A DNA stretch of 6,920 nt from Amoebophrya sp. A120. Lineage: Eukaryota; Protista; Dinoflagellata. Below the pieces are notes generated by a model. That model saw nothing but the letters and a program-made list of their open reading frames with translations, did no database searches and was not told the origin of the DNA. The DNA is taken from NCBI GenBank assembly GCA_905178155.1, contig CAJINV010000104.1:1-6920 (forward strand), written 5' to 3'. This document shows, piece after piece, positions 1-6,920 of the stretch (position 1 is the first letter of the stretch; every line of letters begins with the position of its first letter). The translations under genes and the position numbers were made by a program.

Positions 1-62
1 AACATTTTCAGCATGCAGATTTGCATTACAACTATGGGGTGAGGACGTTTTTAAATAGGATA
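1..62. mobile_element. Family A introner / non-canonical intron, right end only
   Basis: caactatggggtgaggacgtttttaaataggata matches the right ends of the copies ending at 1349 and 3699, and ends in ATA. Confidence 0.85.
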
Positions 63-87
63 CGGAATATCGACGGCGGCTACTGGA
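63..87 (+). CDS. Micro-exon RNIDGGYW(I), including the presumed target repeat cggaa
   Basis: Lies between two elements and joins 346 in frame to give the calpain-like DGGYWINWTD. Confidence 0.75.
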
Positions 88-3000
88 TATGAAGTGCAAA
101 TATGTCTGGGTCTCCTTGAAGTAGAGTTTGGGCTTGTCATGCACATTTTGCATGACCCGTCAGGTTTGTGATTCTGGTGCTAGCGTCACAGATTCTTTCA
201 GAACGTCTTGATGCTAATTACGCATGACAAATGCCCTCTCCGCGACGTGCCAAGAGCTGACTCCTCTTGCTGCTCATACAGCACAGATATTTTTAGACTC
301 CGCAGACAGCATTACAAGTCTCACACATTTGCAGTTGATACTGGATCAACTGGACGGACGTGGTGGACCTGGCCACCCACTTCTCCTTTTACGAGTCCGC
401 GGACAAATTCACCTGTGTGGAGCACTATGGATTGCAAGAGTGATCGTACTTGTACTAAAGATTGCAGTCATGCATTACAAATGTTCGCATTAAGGGAAAT
501 CCGCATTACAAATTCGATTTATCATGCAGAAGAAATTGAAATTTGTCATGCGCTAGCGATTTCTACTAGTTTAAGTTATTTTACTAGTACGAGTCTCTTG
601 CAATGCATAAGCACGACTCGGTCCCGGTGGAAGACGCGGAGAGTTCGAAAGTCATGCTGTATCAAAAGGAAAAGACCCCCCTTCCCATATCAGAACGAAA
701 TTTCTGATGCTGGATTTGCGTACATAAATCAGCCTCGTCTTGCAGTAGAAGAGGACTGCAGGCCCATATCGAGCCTGACTGGAGAGGTTTTGTGACATAG
801 GCGCCCAGCATGACAAAAGTCCATGCTGTAGGCCTAACAGCATCACAAACCGCTGGCACAATGCGGGGGGCCTTCTCGGATTGCCTTCTTGCAAGACAGA
901 AACGATTTGTGAGTACAAATCAGCATCACAAAAGATATCTTTTCAGTAAGGGGAGGTGGGATTATTTTTCCTCGCGATATGCTGCCCACAAAGCCCATGC
1001 TCCTCACCGTCCGCGTCCGGCCGAGCAAAGGTGGACCAGGACAAACAGCGAGTGCAACAACTTCGCCCACTATCATTTGTAAAAACGTCCCCACCCCAGA
1101 GTCAAGATGGGGATTTTGCAACACATTTCTCGAGGTTTTGGGAGCCACGCATGACAAGTTGCAGGCTGTAGTGTATTGCAGTTTAGTAAGGGAAGCCGCA
1201 TAACAAATCCATCTCCTCATCCTGTTTACAGCATTACAAGTTCCAAAATACAATGGGAAATGCCTCTTGTGAGGATGCGCATTACAAATGCTCTTGTGCT
1301 TGCAGATCTGCATGATAACTCTGGGGTGGGGATGCCTTTACACAGGAGACCCACCGATACTTCCTCATCCTCGGAAAAAATCACCGACTCCACGCTGCTG
1401 CTCTGGTCTGCCACGCAGCCCGACGGCACGCCTGAGGAGGGGGAAGAAGGACTACCCGACGAAGGAGCTAGTCCGGCGGACCCCGCGGAAACGGCGGCGC
1501 CAACCAAGGCGTCGTCGAAATCGTCGGGAAAAAAAGAAAAAGACGCAGCCGCGGGGTCTGGTACAACAACTTCCCAACAGGAACAACAGGGCGGGTCGAC
1601 AAGTAGCACGGCCATTCCGACCTGCCAAGTCGTGCTCGCGGTGGAGCCGATGGACCCATCAGTACATGCGGGGAGCTACTTTTTCCGCGCGAACAACTGG
1701 AAGTTCAACAGCTACCCGAACACTACGAGCACAGGGTCCTCGGGTGGAAAAATATCAAACCCGTTCACGACCGGTTTCCAGAAGCTCGCAAATCACCTTT
1801 GTTACGCGAAGAAGGCCGCGGCTGGGAGTGCTGGTGCAGCAGAGAGCGATCCGGACGCGCCGGACCCGTTCTGCTACTTCGACTACAACCCGCTGGCGCT
1901 GTCTGCCACCTGCACACACGTGACGGGTCCGAACGCGCCAAGGGTGCAGGGGTGTTTCGACGTGCCGGTGGTCGCAAACGGGTCGGAGCTATGCTTCGCA
2001 AATATGTCTGGGTCTGCAAGAATGCAGGTTTCGTTTGTCATGCTTGTCTGGCATGACTCTTAGATCTGTGATGCATGAGCAGGACAAGGCCCTCTTGCCT
2101 GTCATGCAAAAACGCAGTTTGCCATGCAGTAAACGAAACACATAAAAAACCGCTCAAAAAATTGTCATGCTTGGCGGCATATCGCAGTGCGCCCACCATT
2201 CACAGATTTGCATCACAACTTTCCGGACCCAGAACGACTTGCATTTGATATGAGCACTGCTTCTTGCTGATCGAGGATCCGACAAAATCGGGAGCGAAAC
2301 ACCAGGTGTTGCTGAAAAAGTGCAGCGTGCCTAGTTCTGTATCAGGAGCCGAAACTACGACGCTGATGAACTACGAAGCCAGGGCGACATTCGTCGAGCC
2401 CGCGGACTACCTGGAGCAACGAGCACACATCCCGGTTCTGAAGATCGGAAGAGCACCGGACTGCGAAGACCCCCCGGTCACCTACCCAGCCGGGTACAGC
2501 CTGTGGGCGAAGTGCGAATTTAAATCCCGCCTCCCCGACACGTATCCTGTGCAAAAGTATCGTACTCGTATAAATGCAGGTCGTTCATGACAGATCTGCT
2601 TTTTTAGCTTGTTCTGCATGACAAATTTCATTTTTCCTCTAGAAAAAATTTGTCATGCGTTTTGTACTAGTGCGATGCTTTTGTGATGCATAACACGGCG
2701 AAACGCACCGTGACCGCCTACACGCACTTCGCCGGCGACCCGGAGTGCCGCCAGCACCTCCGGCTGCGGCTGTTGGTGCGGCGAAGAGCAGTTTCCGGAG
2801 AGCAACTTGTTTTCCCGGTTTGGTCAGAAATCGTGTTTGAAACGCCGTTCCTGCCCTTGTTTCAGTTCGACTTACCGGAGGGGGAGGACACGTTTTTGCT
2901 TTTGTTGGAGGGAAACATGTCGAAACCCGTTATCGAACCGGTGTACTACGTGCACTTGTTTGAGCAACTCACCGAACCAACACCCGCGATCGCGCTGGAA

Positions 3001-6000
3001 CCCTTCAGCGAGAGTTACGACGCGAAAAAAATCGGGTTTTCCAACAGAAAGTTGTACGAAGTGGCTTTGTCGGACCTGAAAACCTTCGATCCGTTGATTC
3101 TCCGGGAACGAATCACGGTGGCAGCCGAGCCGGTTTCGGAAGAGGAGCCAGCGGTGGTCTCCGCGTCCATGCGGGTAACCTGCAACTTTCCCGACGTTTT
3201 TTTTATCGCGAAATTGGTGTTGCAGCACCCGCCAAAGGAGGAGTTTCGGCCGGCGATGAAGGACAGATGGCAGTCGGGGGAGGAAGTTACGGAGGAAGAG
3301 GAATTGCCGGCGCTGGAATCGAATGTTAACGTAGATCCGGAGGAATTCGGCGGGAGGAAAAATTGGCTGTCCAGTCTGGAAACCATGTGCACGATGGAGG
3401 GCAAGGACGCGGTTTCTTTTATCCTGATTGAAAACGTCCCCACACCAGAGTCAAGACGGGAAATCTGCTAGACAAATCACACAGCTTTGGTTGTTTGGCA
3501 TGATAAGTTTGTCCTCGTAGTGTGGTCCTGTTTAGCTCGCTCAGAATCATCACAGATCTAGCATAGCATGCCGATCCTCGCATCACAAATCCCAAAACAC
3601 GCAAAACGAAATGCTTCTCATAGGGCTCCGCATGAGAAACTTTTTTGGCATGCAGAATTGCACGACAACTCTGGGGTGGGAACGTTTTTACTCAGGATAT
3701 CCTTCCCGCACCTGGAGCTCCAGGGCAACGCGACCTACATCCTGCAGATCGAACTAGACAGCAGCCGGTGCGTGGAGAGAACGGAGGTGCCGGTGAACAA
3801 TGCGGAAATAGTCGCCTCTGAGGCGAATGGAGAGGAGCCAGCGGAAGAGGAGGAAGGAGCAGCTGAGAAGCCAGAGCCGTACAAATGGCGGTTAGAAATA
3901 TTCGCCGACGGAGATCTGCAGGTCGGAAACGACACCACTGAGTTTGACTTGGAAGCGATTGTCATGAAGAAATGGGCGAAACTGGCGGGCGTCCCCGCGG
4001 CGGAAAGGGAAGAAAAGGCGGAGGTAGCGAGGAAAGAATGGCTCGAAGGAGGGGATCAAGGGTATATTATGAAAACCGTATAACGTTTCTTGTAGGTGTG
4101 GCTCCTGAATTATCATCGGTTGTAACAGACGGCAAGCATCTTCCTGTATCGTGATGGTGCTTTTTGCAAAGTCTAAATCAAGATCAACTTTTTGAGTTGG
4201 CCGGGTCCACCTGAAGCTCATGCTCAATGTGTGAAACAAAAAGATGTGAAAATAGAGTAGGCGTGAGCCTGCGGGCCTAAATTCCGGTGGGTTGGTCGGT
4301 TGGTTGGTTGGTTTTGGACAGACGACATTTGAGCGAATTTCCGATGTATGGAAACACGGCTTCGGGGTTCGGGCGCAGGATGGGCCTGCAGCTGCAGGCA
4401 GTTGTCCGTAACTTCCTCCGGTGGGTTGGTCGGTTATGTACAACGCAGAACCAAGTTAATCTCCGCTGCGCGCAGCACAAATCTGTGCTGCGCACAAATC
4501 TGTGCTGCGTGTTGCGCGCAAATCTGTGTTGCGCGCAGCTCGCCGGAGACACAAATCTGTGCTGCGTGGACGCAAATCTGTGTTGCGCGCAGCGCAAATC
4601 AGTGTTGCGCGCAGCTCGCCGCAGACACAAATCTGTGCTGCGTCGACGCAATCGGAGCTCCGGGGGGCCTCGTGAGGATTTGCGCGAGATAGAAAGAGGT
4701 CGGGGCTCCAGTGCTGCACTTTTCTCCAGCCAAGACCTGCGCTTCCTCAACCCAAGCAAAACACACTTGGGAAATAGAGACAAACTCGCGCAAAATTTGG
4801 ATCAGCCCCCGCTTGGTCATGCCGGGCGGGCGGGGGCTTTTTGCGCAACCCCTTGGCTGCGCGAGCCCCTTGCTTGCAAACCCCTCGATAATAAATTGGG
4901 CCCCTGAGCATGCAGCTGCTCTCCCGCCCGGCTTCTCTTGAAGGCAGCCAAAGAATGAAAGTTCCACTTCTTGCCTGCCTTCAACATGTTTTCCCGAATC
5001 GGTTGTATGATTTCGGGGCTCCAGGCAGAAATCCGGGCCGCTGGCTAACAAATATTGGGTCGGGCGATTAATCTGCGCTGAATGATCAAGAAACCCAAAC
5101 AAAGCCCACACACCTGCAAAGCCTAATCAGGAAGCCAGCCTCGCGCCGGTTGGGGCTTTTTAGAAGGGTCAAAAATATCTATCGCCCCACCCGCCCACCA
5201 GGCTGGTGGGTGGGTAGGTCGGTAGGCGTGGCCAAGGGGCAGCGCACGCTCGTGCCACCCACCCACCAGCGAGGTGGGTGGGTAGGTCGGTGGGCGTGGC
5301 CAATAGGCAGCGCGCGCTCCCTCGCCGCACCCACCCACCAGGCTGGTGGGTGGGTAGGTCGGTAAGCGTGGCCAAGAGGCAGCGCGCGCTCCCTCGCCCC
5401 ACCCGCCCACCAGGCTGGTGGGTGGAAAGGTCGGTAGGCGTGGCCAATAGGCGGCGCGCGCTCGTCTCAGACCCCCACCTGCCTGGTGGGTGGGCCGGTC
5501 GCTCGGCAGGCGTGGCCAATAGGCAGCGGAGGCTTGCTCCACCCACCCACCAGGCAGGTGGGCGGGTAGGTCGGTAGGCGTGGCCAAGAGGCAACGCACG
5601 CTCACCCCACCCACCCACCAGCGAGGTGGGTGGGTAGGTCGGTAGGCGTGGTCAATAGGCAGCGCACGCTCGCCCCACCCGCCCACTAGGCCCGTGGGTG
5701 GGTAGGTCGGTAGGCGTGGCCAAGGGACAGCGCACGCTCGCCCCGCCCACCCACCAGCGAGGTGGGTGGGTAGGTCGGTGGGCGTGGCCAATAGGCAGCG
5801 CACGCTCGCCGCACCCACCCACCAGGCTGGTGGGTGGGTAGGTCGGTGGGCGTGGCCAATAGGCAGCGCGCGCTCCCTCGCCCCACCCATCCACCAGGCT
5901 GGTGGGCCGGTAGGTCGGTAGGCGTGGCCAATAAGCAGCGCGCGCTCCCTCGCCCCACCTACCCACCAGGTGGGTGGGTAGGTCGGTAGGCGTGACCAGT

Positions 6001-6717
6001 AGGCAGCCGGCTCTGGGTGGAAAGGCACGCATAGGTAGGTAGGTGGGCCGGTGCGATCATGGTATTGCAATGAATCGAAAAGACGCCTGGTAGGTGGGTA
6101 GGTAGGCAGCTGCGGCAGTAATAGTGGATGAATCTCAGAAAAACACAAAACACAATGTAGCGGGTTCGGTGGGTCAAATGTCGTCTGTCCAAAACCAACC
6201 AACCAACCGACCAACCCACCGGAATTTAGGCCCGCAGGCCCACGCCTATTGTGAAAATATGACAAACAGGGAATACGAAGCCGTGTTTATGTGCAACATC
6301 GACACGGCCGAATCTACGGAAGCAGAAGATCCGCCAAAAACCAACGCGCAGAAAATCGAGGAAAAATACACACACTCCCTATCCAAGGATGGGCACATGA
6401 ACCCGCACATGTTGATATCAAATGTAAAAATGTCTGGGTCTGGAAGGTTGGAGCTTGTGATGCTAATTCTGGATGATGCAAAAATCTGTGTTGCATGAAT
6501 GCCAAAAGTTGCCCACTAAGTTGAGAGGAAGTTTCTCATGCAGGATAGGCATGATAGCGATAGGGATCCCGCAGAATCTGTCATGCTAGGTCCTGCACTC
6601 CAGATGACATGGATCATGGAAAATCTGCATGACAAGTGTCAGAATCTTCCAGACCCAGATATTTTTACAATCCATAGCTGAAATTTCTCTACGACACGCT
6701 AGAGAAAGAGCCCCTGA
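63..6717 (+). CDS. Partial multi-exon gene (open at both ends): calpain-domain / androglobin-like protein. Exons 63-87, 346-425, 615-659, 985-1070, 1355-1989, 2256-2542, 2698-3419, 3705-4061, 6270-6415, 6682-6717 (2419 nt, ~806 aa). Non-canonical junctions can slide within the 5-bp repeats.
   Basis: The joined exons give one stop-free frame. The start RNIDGGYWINWTDVVDLATHFSFY resembles the DGxFW(M/I)xWxD motif at the end of the calpain catalytic domain. Later segments (VTCNFPDVFFIAKL, EGKDAVSFPHL, YILQIEL, WRLEIF..QVGNDTTEFDLEAIVMKKW..REEKAEVARKEWL) resemble the androglobin C-terminal region from memory. Gene structure is better supported than the product name. Confidence 0.8.
88..340. mobile_element. 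Family B introner / non-canonical intron (253 bp)
   Basis: TATGAAGTGCAAAT...ATTTGCAGTTGATA; direct repeat ctgga at 83-87 and 341-345; shares aaatatgtctgggtct with the 1990 copy. Confidence 0.85.
346..425 (+). CDS. Exon (I)NWTDVVDLATHFSFYESADKFTCVEH
   Basis: In frame with both neighbours after element plus one repeat is removed; this frame is not in the ORF track. Confidence 0.8.
426..609. mobile_element. Family C introner / non-canonical intron (184 bp)
   Basis: TIR tatggattgcaagag / ctcttgcaatgcata (14/15); direct repeat agcac at 421-425 and 610-614. Confidence 0.9.
615..659 (+). CDS. Exon DSVPVEDAESSKVML
   Basis: 45 nt, phase 0 on both sides, GC-rich relative to the flanking elements. 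Confidence 0.8.
660..979. mobile_element. Family D introner / non-canonical intron (320 bp)
   Basis: tatcaaaaggaaaa...ttttcctcgcgata with C-rich and G-rich subterminal complements; direct repeat tgctg at 655-659 and 980-984. Confidence 0.85.
985..1070 (+). CDS. Exon PTKPMLLTVRVRPSKGGPGQTASATTSP(T)
   Basis: Frame of ORF 979..1203, fixed independently by the upstream and downstream repeat-guided junctions. Confidence 0.8.
1071..1349. mobile_element. Family A introner / non-canonical intron (279 bp)
   Basis: TIR tgtaaaaacgtccccaccccagagt / actctggggtggggatgcctttaca; ends TAT...AGA; direct repeat cccac at 1066-1070 and 1350-1354. Confidence 0.9.
1355..1989 (+). CDS. Exon DTSSSSEKITDSTLLLWS...FDVPVVANGSE
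   Basis: Core of ORF 1176..2063; GC3-rich, with a low-complexity acidic/Ser-Thr loop. Confidence 0.9.
1990..2250. mobile_element. Family B introner / non-canonical intron (261 bp)
   Basis: tatgcttcgcaaatatgtctgggtc...gacccagaacgacttgcatttgata; direct repeat ggagc (1985-1989) / tgagc (2251-2255). Confidence 0.85.
2256..2542 (+). CDS. Exon (H)CFLLIEDPTK...CEFKSRLPDT
   Basis: Frame of ORF 2264..2590; in frame with both neighbours. Confidence 0.9.
2543..2692. mobile_element. Family C introner / non-canonical intron (150 bp)
   Basis: caaaagtatcgtactcgtataaa / tttgtactagtgcgatgcttttg inverted repeat; TAT...ATA ends; direct repeat acacg at 2538-2542 and 2693-2697; shares atttgtcatgc and tactagt with 426-609. 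Confidence 0.9.
2698..3419 (+). CDS. Exon AKRTVTAYTHF...EGKDAVS(F)
   Basis: Core of ORF 2683..3471. Confidence 0.9.
3420..3699. mobile_element. Family A introner / non-canonical intron (280 bp)
   Basis: TIR tatcctgattgaaaacgtccccacaccagagt / actctggggtgggaacgtttttactcaggata; direct repeat tcttt (3415-3419) / tcctt (3700-3704). Confidence 0.9.
3705..4061 (+). CDS. Exon PHLELQGNATYILQ...KEWLEGGDQ(G)
   Basis: Core of ORF 3568..4083; carries the androglobin-like WRL..DT..W..R motif. Confidence 0.9.
4466..4652. repeat. Irregular tandem array of (c)aaatctgtgYtgcg units
   Basis: Seven core copies at about 4479, 4496, 4520, 4553, 4574, 4596 and 4629. Confidence 0.9.
5183..6008. repeat. GC-rich minisatellite, 12 units of 68 or 72 bp, with a hairpin in the unit
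   Basis: The ggtcgg anchor recurs at 5217, 5285, 5357, 5429, 5501 (variant gctcgg), 5569, 5637, 5705, 5773, 5841, 5913 and 5981; best units contain cccacccaccag-g-ctggtgggtggg. Confidence 0.95.
6270..6415 (+). CDS. Exon EYEAVFMCNIDTAES...DGHMNPHML
   Basis: Frame of ORF 6124..6498, preceded by cag. A second frame is also open but is less protein-like. Confidence 0.75.
6416..6676. mobile_element. Family B introner / non-canonical intron (261 bp)
   Basis: TIR tgtaaaaatgtctgggtctggaag / cttccagacccagatatttttaca (23/24); TAT...ATA ends; direct repeat gttga (6411-6415) / gctga (6677-6681). Confidence 0.9.
6682..6717 (+). CDS. Micro-exon (K)FLYDTLEKEPL
   Basis: 36 nt between two elements; stop-free in the continued frame. 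Confidence 0.7.
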
Positions 6718-6920
6718 TATCCTGAGTAAAAACGTACCCACACCATAGTCAAGATGGGAAATCGGCTAGACAAATCCACAAGTTTTGGCTGTTTTGCATG
6801 ACAAATTTGGATTCGTAGTGTAGTGCTGTTTGAGCTAGCTTAGCAGCATCACAGATCTAGCACACCATGCTGATTGGAGCATGACAAATTGCAAAACACG
6901 ACTAGAAAATGCTTCTCATG
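6718..6920. mobile_element. Family A introner / non-canonical intron, left part (truncated by the window)
   Basis: Starts tatcctgagtaaaaacgtaccc and aligns colinearly with 3420-3620. Confidence 0.9.

Larger units (their letters stand above)
4255..6250. mobile_element. Non-autonomous Mutator-like (MULE/foldback-type) DNA transposon, 1996 bp
   Basis: TIRs 4258-4332 and 6174-6248 match at 74/75; 9-bp direct repeat gtgaaaata at 4246-4254 and 6251-6259 (10 bp if the preceding t is counted); no transposase-like ORF seen. Confidence 0.85.
4062..6269 (+). other. Canonical GT-AG intron (2208 nt; ~203 nt without the inserted transposon)
   Basis: gg|gtatat ... aaacag|g, phase 2, joins GDQG to EYEAVF in frame. 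Confidence 0.7.

Noticed and set aside
208-1313. ORFs 208..795, 224..493, 810..1082 and 843..1313 as separate genes
   Set aside because: They run through element sequence in frames other than the reconstructed one.
1079-1345. Apparent canonical GT...CAG intron inside the family A element, joining ORF 810..1082 to ORF 1176..2063
   Set aside because: It requires the upstream exon in a frame (RYAAHKAH...) incompatible with the frame fixed by the three upstream junctions. The repeat-guided junction fits throughout.
3426-3695. Possible GA-AG intron, in frame
   Set aside because: It lies within the TIRs and would leave element-derived codons (FILISFPH). The repeat-guided join matches the rule at all other sites. 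Not excluded without cDNA.
4277-5111. ORFs of 114-206 aa inside the Mutator-like element
   Set aside because: They are driven by the short repeat array and GC content; no recognisable domain.
5183-6008. CRISPR-like array of palindromic repeats
   Set aside because: No unique spacers (whole units repeat), no cas genes, and a eukaryotic intron context.
5123-6265. 380-aa minus-strand ORF and overlapping ORFs
   Set aside because: These are repetitive translations of the GC-rich minisatellite with no transposase features.
4058-6271. aaggg/caggg as the direct repeat of a degenerate TAT introner
   Set aside because: That join shifts frame into a stop before the next element. There is no ATA end or TIR, and the GT-AG join is in frame.
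88-6676. Paramecium-type TA-bounded IESs
   Set aside because: The retained unit is a variable 5-bp repeat rather than TA, and exons read in the standard code with high GC. DNA-level excision in general is not excluded by sequence alone.
63-6717. Pseudogene riddled with MITEs
   Set aside because: About 806 codons with no stop or frameshift despite old, diverged inserts argues for ongoing selection.

Overview
Eukaryotic (protist-like) genomic DNA holding the internal part of one + strand gene, about 806 codons in 10 exons between 63 and 6717. It encodes a calpain-domain, androglobin-like protein. The ORF track shows it only as fragments because it is interrupted by ten short elements (8 complete at 150-320 bp, 2 cut by the window edges). 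The elements have TAT...ATA ends and imperfect terminal inverted repeats, and each complete one is flanked by a 5-bp direct repeat. Removing each complete element plus one repeat copy restores a continuous reading frame at 8 of 8 junctions, and none of these frame-restoring junctions is GT/GC-AG. They therefore look like transposon-derived non-canonical introns (introners) in four sequence families. This resembles what is described for the parasitic dinoflagellate Amoebophrya (host identity is inference). One further intron (4062-6269) is canonical GT-AG and carries a 2-kb non-autonomous Mutator-like element with 75-bp TIRs, a 9-bp TSD and two internal repeat arrays. All analysis was by eye; no searches were run.
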